Shown piece by piece: positions 25,753 through 37,790 of a DNA stretch of 64,000 nucleotides. Each line of letters begins with the position of its first letter. Within the stretch, counting starts at the first letter, position 1. Source of the stretch: Lytechinus pictus (Eukaryota); assembly GCF_037042905.1 (NCBI RefSeq), contig NC_087251.1, positions 47,370,001 through 47,434,000 on the forward strand, given 5' to 3'. The notes under the pieces are model-generated. The model saw only the letters and a program-made list of their open reading frames with translations, ran no database searches and was not told where the DNA came from. The translations under genes and the position numbers were made by a program.

Positions 25753-26193
25753 ATAGACAAGGGGGAAATTCCATAAAATATTCAACCTGTTTGTACATCC
25801 GACCCCCACTTTTCTCAAATTTTACTTCACTTCATAAACTGACCAAGTCATGGTCATTTGAGAGCATTGCAGACTGTCATGAGAACCAGAAATAAGAGAC
25901 AGAAAAGGTCTCACATACATGAAGTCAGAGGTAAATATTTCATGGAATTGCCCAAGGGGAAACAAATGGCAATCTCTCCCACATTATGCCATGCAATATA
26001 GCAGGAATGTTTGACTTTGAGTATAAAAACTAGAAATTTGACGTGTCCAAAGGACACAGATGCCCCCGCTTAACGCGATCAGAAATTCATTCAATATGAT
26101 TGAACTTAATATCTTGCAGAAACCAATATGCATATATATAATGAACAAATTTAGACCTCTGAACCAACTCGCATATATCGGACTCCAAATTCA

Positions 26194-29100
26194 GGCGCTA
26201 ATGCAGTTTCGCACCGGCCGACTACCGGCCAGGCCAATTTCACCACCACCAATATTTCGCAAATGTTATAAAAAATCTCTCAATCCCATTTCAAGGTCAA
26301 ATAGCGCCCAGCATCGTATTTCGCCGCTTTCTGAAAAATTTCAATTTTCGATAGATTCTAATCTTGTTAAAAATAACGAATTTTGGATTGAAATCATTAC
26401 CTGCATGTTTCCGTCCTACACACAAGATGTACCTAATGGCATAGAGTATTGTGAGCTGAAATTATCAAGCAAATTTCTCTCTATTTTGAATGGTAGCCGC
26501 GATGGAAACTTGGAAATTTTCCTTTCACTTTGCCTCGAATGAGAAAGGTACTTGTTACGCAAGAGGGTTAATGAAAAAGATGAAAAAGAGAGAGAAGGGG
26601 GGGGGTGTCGATAAAAAAACTTAAACTTGAACTTTTCAGGTAGAGAGCGAGAGACAAGAGGGGAATAGTGAAAAAGAAAGGGGGAGGTAATAAATTAACA
26701 GCGGGGGCACCAATTTGAAGTTGACCGGGGGGGGGGGGGGGCAAATTGATCTTTCATTGGGGCCGGGGGGGGGGGGGGGGAGTGCCAAATTGATGCTCGC
26801 CCTTGGGGCACCATATTGATGTTTGCCCGGGGGCGGAAAAGGGTTGTTTCATATGGGGGGGGGGGGGCAAACTCATGTTTCAAAGGGGCCGGGGGCATGT
26901 TTTACATATGGGGCAACAAATTCATGTTTAACCGCCAAGGGCGCCAAAGTGACCTTAAACTCAGGGGGGGGGGGTGCCAAATTCGCGACCTTTGGGCCGC
27001 CAATTAAATTTTTGACCGGGGGGCGTCGTCCAAGTCATGTTTCACGTCAGGGGGGGGGGGCAAAATCATATTTCACAAGAGGGGGAGCAAATTCATGTTT
27101 CACATGGGGGGGGGGTGCCAAATTTATGTTCAACTGAGGGCACCAAATTGACCTGTAATGTAGGGGCGCCAAACTTACTTTTAATTCGGGGGTGCCGAAT
27201 TGATGTCTGACCTGGGGACGCCAATTTCATGTTTGACCCGGACACCTTCATGGTTAAATCCCCCACCCCCCTTCAATCGGTGGCGCAAAAAAAAGGAAGT
27301 AATTCTTTTTTAAAGGGCAAAAAAGAAAGGGAAAAAAAAGGAGGAATAATTACCGCAACATTTTTTTGTACAATGTCTAATGATTAACAGGCATTTTGAA
27401 TTAAATTAATGAAGAAATCACGTACGTAAACAGTGAAATTGAGGAAATATAACTGCAAAATCTAAATGGGGTACAGATCTACGGCAACCTGGTGCCAGAA
27501 GTGGAAGAATGGAGCATCTGCAAAACGCTGCGACCACATGAACTCTCCCAGGTATTCACCGACAAGTTCTCTGTTGGTTGGTCCTTGCTGAGCCTTGAAC
27601 TTGGCCTTGGCTCGCTGCCACATTGACTCTACTCTGTTGGTTGTTACCCCTGTAGCTGGATCAACGAAGTTGATGGTGTGGTTGACCGTACCGTGTTGAT
27701 ATGCCGCCCACATGTCAGTCCAAACGGTGCTGCCGGGTGCTACCCATTGTTGGATGATGGGGAGTAGTGTTGCAGCATTTCGTTGGGGCACTTCAACTAG
27801 GAAGCCTCTCTTGGATGCTGGCTCATAGCCCCCAAGGACCCACTTCTCGGCTACAGCCCTGCCGACGTTGTTTTTCCTCCTTGCGAAGAGGGACTCGTCT
27901 ATTTCTACCAGCACACCAGGACCTCCGAGCTGTTCAGGGTGGTTCAAGAAATACGTAACACAAACGTCTCTACAAAACTGCTTCCAATCTACGACGGTAT
28001 GGTCCGCAATACCAAGTTCTTTTTTAATGTTTAATTGGGACATACCCCTTGCTTTTCCACAACTAGATGACCAGATATATGTCAGGCCTAGAATTTGCCA
28101 AATTTCCAAGTGGCTCTTCTCGAAGAAACTTCCTTTTTTAATGTTCGTTACTTTTCGGCATTGATCTACAGGGCATCTCCAACAAACTTTGTCAATGGCC
28201 CGATTGTACACTCTCTCTTGACAACGACTCCCGCATCCAGGGCACATCATCTCTGATGCTAAAAGTCCATGCATGCGGCACCAGTCTATGGTGGCATCCC
28301 TATGGTATTTGAATCTGTGGCCAATCTCTGTCAGTGAAAGAGACTCAAATTCGTTCAAGTCAGGCAATGCCTGAGCAGCCGCCATGATTGTAGAACTTCG
28401 ACTCAATTTCTCAGACAAATGAAGAAAGTGTTTGGAAATATATATTTTCTCTGCCTTATATACTCTTTTTAGAGGGAAAAAAGGAGGCGGGGGAGGGTAG
28501 GTAGGAGGTATCCACTCTTCTGCATCCTTTGATGTGGCCATGATTTCCGAAAGCTTCCGGCGGCTCCTCAGATGTTACTTTCTCCATCTCCTCTTTCTCA
28601 CGGGAAAGAAATAGCACGACGAACATGTCGAAATAAGATACATTTATTGCGTAATTTTTCCTTCTTTGGATGTGCCCTTCATGTTCCTCAATGAATTATA
28701 TCTATCTTCTCTCTCCTTAAGATAAATGATCATATACCTTCTCAATGTTTTCAATGTGCACGAGATTTCTGATGATGAAAAGTTTTATTTCGCCTTCGCT
28801 GGAAGGATGTTTGTCAAAATAAACGAAAGGATATAAAATAGCACGTTTGTTAAGAAAAAAAGATATATTCTAGTAATGTTTCAAAAAGAATTGAATAGGA
28901 AGGTGAATATTTGGAGTGATAAATAGATAGAAACTTAAGGAAGACATAAAAGTGACATGCAAATATATATATATATATATATATATATAAACGAGGAGAT
29001 GTAATATACATGAATACCGTGGAGTAAAAAAAAGATACCATGATACCTAACAAATTAACACATTTAATCATTATAGCATGGCAGGGCCGGCGTAGCGAAT

Positions 29101-30561
29101 TTGAAGGTGGGGGGGGGGCACAGGGAAAAGGGCACAGGGAAAAGGGCACATTTAAATTAATTTTGTTTAAGCATATATTTCCTAGTAGCGTAATAAGCCC
29201 CAAACAACGAGGGTCAGACGTTGCTTAAAAGCTGGGAGCAAGCAAAGCCAGCGAGAAAAATTTTGACATCTTTTAATTAAAAAATTCTAATTTGTGGTGG
29301 AGTTTAACATAATTTGGAGAATAATACATATTTCACCCCTTTTCTTTCCTTTTCTCCTTTTTTGTTCTTGGTCGTGAAATTCTTTAAGGTCTATTTTTTT
29401 TTGGGGGGGGGGGTTGCGCAAGTGCATCCCATCCCGGTTCAGATGCCCTTGCAGAAAATGAAGGGTACATTTCGAACAAACTATATAGGGCATTTATCAA
29501 AAGTAAATAAGGGCATAGGCCCTAATCAAATGGGGCACTTGATCAAAAGAATTTCACTATGAAAAAGGGGAACTAAAGGGGGCAATAAAACAGTTTAAGG
29601 GAACCTTTTTTCATAAAAAAAAAATGCAATTGTAGTCAGAAATAAGGAAAACGGGCACTGATTGGGCATAAAATGAGCGGTTTTAAGAGAAGGGCAACTT
29701 CTCTGATACAATAATGGGCACTTATAAGAAGGCAACGGGCACTCGTTAACACATAAAACGGGTCCTTCGGAGATGAAAGGGGCACTGAACGCGTTTGTAA
29801 GGGGGCATTTTTCTTGGGTAAAAAGATGCACTTTCTAGTGCTTCATAAGGCTTTAAAAGGGTAATTTGTTGCCCCATATGTAAAACATGCCCCCTCCCCC
29901 TTTAAAACATGAGTTTGCCCCCCATATGAAACAACCCTTTTCCACCCCCGGGCAAACATCAAAATGGTGCCCCAAGGGCGAGCATCAATTTGGCACTCCC
30001 CCCCCCCCCGGCCCCAATGAAAGATCAATTTCCCCCCCCCCCCGGTCAACTTCAAATTGGCGCCCCCGCTGTTAATTTATTACCTCCCCCTTTCTTTTTC
30101 ACTATTCCCCTCTTGTCTCTCGCTCTCTACCTGAAAAGTTCAAGTTTAAGTTTTTTTATCGACCCCCCCCCCCTTCTCTCTTTTTCATCTTTTTCATTAA
30201 TCCTCTTGAGTAACAAGTACCTTTCTCATTCGAGGCAAAGTGAAAGGAAAATTTCTATCGCAGCTACCATACAAAATAGAGAGAAATTTGCTTGATAATT
30301 TCAGCTCACAATACTCTATGCCATTAGGTACATCTTGTGTGTAGGACGGAAACATGCAGGTAATGATTTCAATCCAAAATTCGTTATTTTTAACAAAATT
30401 AGAATCAATCGAAAATTGAAATTTTTCAGAAAGCGGCGAAATACGATGCTGGGCACAATTTGACCTTGAAATGGGATTGAGAGATTTTTTATAACATTTG
30501 CGAAGTATTGGTAGTGGTGAAATTGGCCGGAAGTCGGCCGTTGCGAAACTGCATTAGCGCC
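26194..30561 (-). mobile_element. Merlin (IS1595/ISXO2-related) DNA transposon, complete, with ~700-730-bp TIRs
   Basis: GGCGCTAATGCAGTTTCGCA start and TGCGAAACTGCATTAGCGCC end; inverted identity across 26194-26922 / 29863-30561; 8-bp TSD caaattca / caaattcg; internal transposase ORF. Confidence 0.92.
27462..28385 (-). CDS. Merlin/IS1595-family DDE transposase with N-terminal Zn ribbon
   Basis: CPGC...WRCPVDQC, KGSFFE, GGPGVLVEIDES, WTDMWAAY, HGTVNH, FVDPATGVTTNRVESMW, YLGEFMW. Start placed at Met53 of the 359-aa ORF because a TATA-like tatataag lies ~75 nt upstream of it. Confidence 0.92.
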   Translation of the reverse strand: MAAAQALPDLNEFESLSLTEIGHRFKYHRDATIDWCRMHGLLASEMMCPGCGSRCQERVYNRAIDKVCWRCPVDQCRKVTNIKKGSFFEKSHLEIWQILGLTYIWSSSCGKARGMSQLNIKKELGIADHTVVDWKQFCRDVCVTYFLNHPEQLGGPGVLVEIDESLFARRKNNVGRAVAEKWVLGGYEPASKRGFLVEVPQRNAATLLPIIQQWVAPGSTVWTDMWAAYQHGTVNHTINFVDPATGVTTNRVESMWQRAKAKFKAQQGPTNRELVGEYLGEFMWSQRFADAPFFHFWHQVAVDLYPI

Positions 30562-31384
30562 CAAATTCGCACCTGCGGACTTCAAATTCGAACTTAGCCT
30601 GTATTTTGGTGTTATTTACCTACATATCTAAATTTTTTTAATCTGTTGAACATTTCATAACTTATCATGCGAAAACCAACTCGCATATTTAATGAGCTGT
30701 GACCTCTGACCTGGGGACTCCGAATTCAAACTTAGCCTGTATTTTGGTGTCATCTACCTACACACCAAAATTTTTTAAAATCCATTAATAGTTTTCGAGT
30801 TATTGCGCGGAAACCAAGTGGGGGGACGGACGGACAGGGGCAATGCTTAATGCCCCCTCCGGACTTTGTCTGCGGGGGCATGAAAATTCAATTACCCTTT
30901 ATAAAATAATAATCCAATGCCGCGAAGGGCTAAAGTTTTGGATGCCCCAATCCCCAGACAGTTGGTGTCAAGTACTTTTGTGTAGATGGTGTTCAGTGTA
31001 AAGACGGTGTCAAATCCAATGTCTCTTTTGTATCATACCTCACATGAATATCAACTACTGTTCATACCAGACATTGCATGTAGATGAAGATTTCAAGATT
31101 GGTGTCATGCCATTGTCTCCAGTAGCTTAGCATTAGCATCTCTCATTAATGCTTGGAGGATGGTTAACGCCAGAAAGGAATGTATCCATGGTGTACACTG
31201 GTGACAACGAGACTGAAAGTGTATTAAAGTGAAAGAACAAAATATTATTCTAACATCATTGCTTTTCAATAACATTCATTATACCGGAACAAGTGTACAT
31301 TAGAAGGAAATAAATTTAAATTTTCCTTTAGCACAAATGTACTGCAGGTAGACTACAACAAAAACACTTTTCCAGTGAACTTAA

Positions 31385-31869
31385 AGGGGAAGTTAACCCT
31401 GACAAAAAGTTTATTGTAAAAATAGCAACAAAAACATACTGAAAAATCATGTCAAGGGTTTGAGTAAAATCCATCAAAGAATAAAAAAGTTATTAGAATT
31501 GGAACTATTTGATTTGTGACATCATATGCGAGCAGCTTTACTACATAAAATCAATGAAATGTAATTTTCTCAGAAAATTGAAAATGGTTTTTACTCTACC
31601 TTCAGTATATCAATAGACAAATCATTTCATAGCTGTTTCTAAAGAGAAAACAAAAATAAGTCATCACGAACCATTACAATTGAAATTTATGCATTTTATT
31701 TTACATAACATATGGGGCAGCTGCTTGTTCATGATGTCACAAATTCAAAACTTTAAATTCTAATAAATTTCTTAATGTTTAATGGATTTTCCTCAAACCT
31801 TCACCAATATTTTAAAATATTTTTTCTGCTATTTTTACAACAATCTTTTCTTCAGGGTGAACTTCCCCT
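31385..31869. mobile_element. Palindromic T2/Kolobok-type MITE (family B)
   Basis: TTAA|AGGGGAAGTTAACCCTGA ... TCAGGGTGAACTTCCCCT|TTAA with long internal inverted symmetry. Confidence 0.88.
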
Positions 31870-32732
31870 TTAATTTGGTGGATCTGCACCAGTAATAATA
31901 TGTAACATTAATCTAATGCTTCATACAATGTCTCTATAAAGCGCTGCATACTAATACCCCGGCTTAGCATGGCAAAGAATTTAAGGAATCTCTTCCTACC
32001 GGATACCCATTTACTACACCTTAGCGGAGATTAATACCAAAATATATCTTCAAAAACATCTCACAAACCCACTTGATAACTGTGATATCTAGATGTCAAA
32101 TTAGCATATTTGAATAATGCAATATAAGTCATCATGTTTGCTTACACAGATAGAAATTTCCAATTTCAAAACCAATTTCCTCAAAGTGTTTCCTTCTGAT
32201 GTGAGCCAACTTGATGTAGATGTACGCTGAGTCACAAATGAAATCACATTGCCTAATCTGTCAACACATTTAGTAGGAAGTTTGTGCCAATGCCATTAAT
32301 GAATCTGATTGCATCGTTATTGAAATACATAGCAACAGATTTGTGACCATCGGAAAAACGGTGCCTCTATCTCACTTCTGCTACGAAGGCAAGACAATAA
32401 TCCTTAACACTGCACAACTTACCACTGGAACTCGTGGCATGATTCTGGGCATTTTCTTGACCTTTGACCTCAGTTTATCGAGTTCATACTCCAGTATGAC
32501 ACCAAATTCTTCCTAATCTAGCTCCATTTTCTGTGCTTCCAGTAGGGCAACTTCTTCTAGACGTACCCTTGATTTGTGGGCTTAGCTCTCATGAATGGCA
32601 CTCTGTGCTTGCTGCAGAGAAAAACATAACAATATCAATAATCTAGAATGATCAAATTCCCAAATTAGAAGGTTGTACACCACAATATTATGAATACAAG
32701 AACATTATAGGAATAAAATAGTTCAGATGATA

Positions 32733-35103
32733 ATATTATTATTATTATTATTATTATTTATTTCGGCATTGAAAAGTATAGAAATTGGTACAGTGAAGTA
32801 CAACACATAATAAACATAACAGGGTATAGATTGAGCACCCACTGGACTGCCAGGGTCAAATAAAGTTAACTGAATTACTGTAGTCAATGAAGACCATTTG
32901 ACCCTATCCAGTGGGTGCTTACATAAAACAGAAGCGGATAAAAGAGTGAGTATGAACAGAAGGTTTAAGATCAATTATAATAGAATAACATAGGTCTACT
33001 TGATATCACTTCATCTTAACTTAAAATATTAATATCAATGAATTTAAATTTAAAAATAAAATAGTCGCTACGAAGATATAAAAACAACAAGGATAACTGC
33101 CACAAACACAATCCTAAATAATAAACTCCTGCAAAAATAAACATGGTCATTCATCACCGGCTAAGCACAAAATTGTTTCTTAGTTCATTCGTCCATGAGA
33201 TAAGTGAGTTAACAACCACCCCAGAGCGCAAACTTACCGGCAATTCATCCCAGTAACGGGGAAAAGAATTAATAGCTGATAGATGAAGTCGATTTGTTCG
33301 CGCTCGGAGGTGGTTGAACTTCACGTCCTCCAAATGCCGACTGTTAATGATAATGCATCACAACGTACAATACCATACAAAGCCTTGACAACATAAAATA
33401 GTAGTGAAAATTTCCTCCTTGATTCCAATGTTTGCCAGTTGAGTTTTAATAATCTGTCATAATAGGACATTTCTTGTCTTTTTTGTTTGAGTATTATGCG
33501 GGTGGCTCGTCTCTGAACATTTTCGACCTTTTGGGATAGATATTTCGTATGCAAGTGCCAAGCTGGTTGACCGTACTCAAGAATCGGAAGAACAATTGTT
33601 TTGAACAAGGAGAATATGGAAGATGCGGTCAAGGACTTAGAGACTGACAATACAAAACCGAGCATACGATTTGCTTTCTTAACAATGTGTTCAATGTGAG
33701 TATTCCATTGTAACTTATTATTAAGCATTATTCCTAGATACTTGTATTGCTGAACTGATTCTAGAACAATATTGTCATAAGTATAATAAGGTACTCCAGG
33801 GTTCTTTGCCCATGTTATCCGTAGAACTTTAGATTTGGATGAATTAATACGCATTCTATTGTTCGTACACCATGAATGAATATTATCAATATCATTTTGC
33901 AACTGACAACTATCAGAGGGTGTAAATATTGGTCTGTATAATAACGTATCGTCAGCAAAAAGTGCACATGGTGATATGGTTTGGGAAAGAAGGTCATTTA
34001 TAAACAAATTAAAGAGACACGGCCCTAAAACACTGCCTTGCGGTACACCAGAAGTTATGGGCAACCAGCAAGAGGTTGAACCCCTGTAAATTACTCTTTG
34101 TTCCCTACCATGAAGGAAGGAAAAAATCCAATTCCAGACACTTCCAGTAATGAAGAATTGTGAAGAGAGCTTTTTCATCAACACGTCATGTGGCATTATA
34201 TCGAAAGCTTTTGCAAAGTCGAAAAAGATAACGTCAAGTTTTGGTGTGGGAGAGGTATCAAGAAAATTCAACCATTTGTTTGTAATATTCATTAACTGAG
34301 TCACACAAGAGCGGCCTTTCACAAAACCATGTTGGTTAGGGTTAAGTAGACAATGGTCACTGATATGTGTTTGAATACGGTTTGTTACGATACGTTCCAA
34401 TACTTTGCATACAACCGAAGTTAGGGCAATAGGTCTGTAGTTTTGTACCAGAGCCTTATCCCCGGATTTGAACACAGGGGATATATTGGCACGTTTCCAA
34501 GACATAGGCAACCTACCATGGGAGAGTGAGAGGCGAAATATCTTACATAATACAGGTGTAATGGTAGTAGAACCCAATTTCAACATCATTGGAGTGATTT
34601 TGTCTGGACCTGGAGATTTTTCCTTCTTCAAACCTTTTACCACATTAAGCACATCTATTTCTTTGATTTCAATAGTACGTAAGTATGTAGCAAGTGGATT
34701 TTCCTCTAATTGGGGGGTTTCTATTGGTGCATCAGAATAGGGTGTGAAAACAGAATTGAAATATCGACCAAACAACTCCGCGATCTTATCAGACTCATAC
34801 AATATTATGTTATTGTCATTGATTGTTAGAGGATCTTGACTCTTTTTCTGGGCCCTGACGAATGAGAAAAATCTCTTCCTATTATCGGATTCATCAGAAA
34901 ATAAGCGGTTTATATAGGAATGGTATAATCTACTGGTAATAATTTTAATGCGATTCCGTAATTGTCTATACAGTTCCCAATGAGTGTCTAAGCCTGATTT
35001 CTTTGCTTTTTTGAAAGCTTTACTTTTTTCAGAGGCCAACTTACGGACTTCATCCGTGATCCATGGGCTACGTTGTTTGGCACGACCCACTTTCCTTGGA
35101 ATG
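32733..35103 (-). mobile_element. 5'-truncated CR1/L2-group LINE
   Basis: RT ORF, 3' UTR and AATAAA(TAA)n tail at ~32733-32762. It interrupts a duplicated intron whose empty site is visible at ~38185-38205 (gttcagatgatattatgcaa); short aatat duplication. Confidence 0.9.
33154..35090 (-). pseudogene. Truncated LINE ORF2 (reverse transcriptase and C-terminal domain)
   Basis: PWIT, KSPGPDKI, NYRPIAL, QHGF, DFAKAFD, GVPQGSVLGP, FADD, YLG, ENVQRRATR. Frameshift near 33345; the tail SFPRYWDELP is in another frame. No endonuclease. Confidence 0.88.
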
Positions 35104-36049
35104 CAATATGCAGAAAGTGTTTAAGATTTTAATGTTGACACTGCCATCATTGCCACCGCTGTTGGAAAAGCTGCCCCTATAAGTCTTGTTACGGTATGCA
35201 GGCAATACAAGGCGATGGGCAAACTATCATTTTTAAGGCCAGCTAGATGGATGTGATAGTTCATCTATTCAGTTATAAATCAATGATTTTTTTTATTCCA
35301 AATCTGAAATCTTAATCTTGGTTAAGATTTAGATGTTGATACCATCATACCAAAATATTGTCAAAATTCATTTAACCTAAATCACATTTGACCTTGATCA
35401 TGTGACCTTAAACTCATGTCATATAATCAATGGGTCTTTTTATACTCTCTAAGCAATGAATACCTCAAAACTTTACAACTTACACTGGATATGGTAGCAT
35501 ATTTCTAGGCATCTTGACCTGGGTTTGTTGAGGTCATCCTTCAGCAGATAATGAATTCTTCCCACTCTAGCTCCATGTTGCGTGCTTCCTGTTGAGTGAC
35601 TTCTGCCAGATGAACCTTGGATTCCAGGGCCTTGCTCTTGTGAATAGCACTCTGTGCTTGCTGCAGAGAGAAACATAAATATATTAATAATCTAGAACGG
35701 TAAAATTCCTGAATTAGAAGGTTGTGCACCACAATTTTATGAATACAAGAACATTATTGGAATGAAATAGTTCAGACGATATGCAACAAGTGGTTAATAT
35801 TTTAATGTTGACACTGATGCCATCGCTGATGGTATAGCAGCAGCTACATGTATAGTCTCGCTATGGTATGCAGGTGATACAAAAATCATGATTGGTGAAA
35901 AAAAGGTCAGCTGGATGTAACTTTCTCTCAAAAGAGAAGCTTAGAAACGATTGCTTGCACACCCAGGATGTGATAGTTTGTGTACAATCTGAAAATCAAT
36001 AATTACTTCCTTTTTTATTCTAAATCTGAAACCATTTACTCCATATGCC

Positions 36050-37790
36050 AAAAATCCATGACATAAAGTCGTACGTTTGGACGGAGAGCTCTCTGTAGTC
36101 GCACAAATCGATGTTTCATGCTTTAAAATCAACAAAAAGATCCTGTGGATGCTCCACAAACTTGCTGTCAGAAGCTATCCTAAAGTAACAGCAATCACAT
36201 GGATGTTTGATGCATATTTTCCTTATTAACGATCCTGCAACGTAGGATAGAATGGAGTGACCAATGTCAGCAATTGCAAATGGGGCAACAAATGCTTGCC
36301 TAACCTGAAACCCAGCATTATTTTGACAGTGCTGTGAAACAAAACAAATCATCTACATCTCATAAAAATGTGTGCAGGTCAGGCAAGCAATTCTCACCAC
36401 CTACAGGAATCATAAGCATGTCAATCATTACACATTTCATGGCTGCTTAGAAATGAGAGGGTGACGGGTTATCCCTATCCCCTCCTTTGGCTCGAAACTG
36501 TGAAAATAAAATCTGAACAGTCTTGATTCAATCTGTTCAAAATAGATGTCTGAATCCCGCCTCTTCTTTCAAAATCTGCCAAGGATAAATAACAGATTTT
36601 AGGGTTGCGATCCATCCATCCATCCCAAAAACCACACTTTTCTTCGATTTCTGATATTTTAGGCTACTTAGCCAGGCAATTATTTCCTCCCACAACTTTA
36701 AGTGGCATGAACCTTCTTTAACTGGTCTTCTACAATCTCTACCTGCCCTCGATGATCTAGAATTCAAAGAGTCAAATAACATCAAGTTTTTCACAAAATT
36801 CCGCTGTGTACACAGCTTCTGAAGGCATACTACCTAATGAGCAATGAGTTAGAATGCCTGCAGCAACAGTCCTGCTGAGTACCTGCACTGCAAAAGAGGC
36901 TCTCAGTTTACTGAATGATGAAATCTCAAAGTGATGCTATGTCAACTTTGGAGCATATCTAATATTAAGGGTTTGGTCTTTATCAAAAAAAGTCTTGATA
37001 TGTGACCACTTTGCCTTCTTCTCACCTTCAACACAATGTCATATTTCACAAGGTTGTTACGCATGATTTTCGTTAGGTGTGGCACATCAACACATAAACA
37101 TAATATTTCATGACTGTCATAGTTGAAAGACGTGTTCTCTTTTGTCACACCTAAATCTTTTAACAGGGACCTGTTATTGGGTCCTTGATCACAAACAAAG
37201 ACAAATGGGATGTAACCCAACTGTTATGATCCTCTCCAGTAGACCTGCTCTGATGCCATTGGCTGAAAAGACGTATCCCAAAGGCTGTTTCCATGGGGAT
37301 GCCACACCACGTATCATGACAACCAGAGCATGATTAGCAACATGGGGGGTCCCCCCCCCCCCATTTTTTTAAAGTTTTCCAGTCCAGAAACAATATCATT
37401 TTTCTCATCAAAGCATAGATGTTCTTTACACTCATCTCATCTACAGCAACAGAACATTACCAGTCTCTTTTTGACAATGTGTGAACCTTTTTTTTCAACG
37501 CTTCCAAATAGGCAGCAGAGAAACCAGGCTGGACCTGTATGTCACAAAGCATTCTTTTAATACAGGTCACAGATGGAAGTGCAATTACCTTTCGCATTCA
37601 TTTATACTCTTTGGCACTTGCATGGTACAAAGACACAGCAAAAGACTTGTCTTTCAAAGCCACCTCATTCCTTTCCTTTATTCTTTTTCAACTCTTAGTT
37701 TCGATCGGATAATTGTAAGAGTAGGTTCTTCTAGGTACTCTGATGCTATCAAAATCACATCTTTTATATTTACTGATTTCTTGTTTTATT
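36050..37790 (-). pseudogene. Decayed P-element (THAP9-like) transposase
   Basis: In order on the minus strand: KDKSFAVSLYHAS..ALPS, VDEMSVK, ALVVMIRGVASPWKQPLGY, VCDQGPNN, DVPHLTKIMRNNL, RLNQD..FRAKGGDRDNP, LSYVAGSL..CDCC; many stops and frameshifts. Confidence 0.85.

Larger units (their letters stand above)
26028..30885 (+). mobile_element. Helentron-associated (HINE/Pearl-like) element split by the Merlin insertion (pieces 26028-26193 and 30562-30885)
   Basis: 5' aactagaa...gatgccccc; tandem core units (aacttagcctgtattttggt twice); (GGAC)n tract; 3' hairpin tgccccc..ggac/gtct..gggggca followed by aaa. Confidence 0.6.

Noticed and set aside
26060..26542. 160-aa ORF as a second Merlin gene
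   Set aside because: It starts outside the element, crosses the TSD, has no recognisable domain and is not preserved in the opposite TIR.
27462..28541. Bacterial IS1595 contamination
   Set aside because: It has long TIRs and a TSD inside a host repeat, a TATA-like promoter, and GGPG..VEIDES / FVDP.TG motifs typical of eukaryotic Merlin.
30893..31215. Selenoprotein exon (several in-frame TGA codons)
   Set aside because: No SECIS or redox motif is visible; CGA>TGA decay in a CpG-depleted region is simpler.
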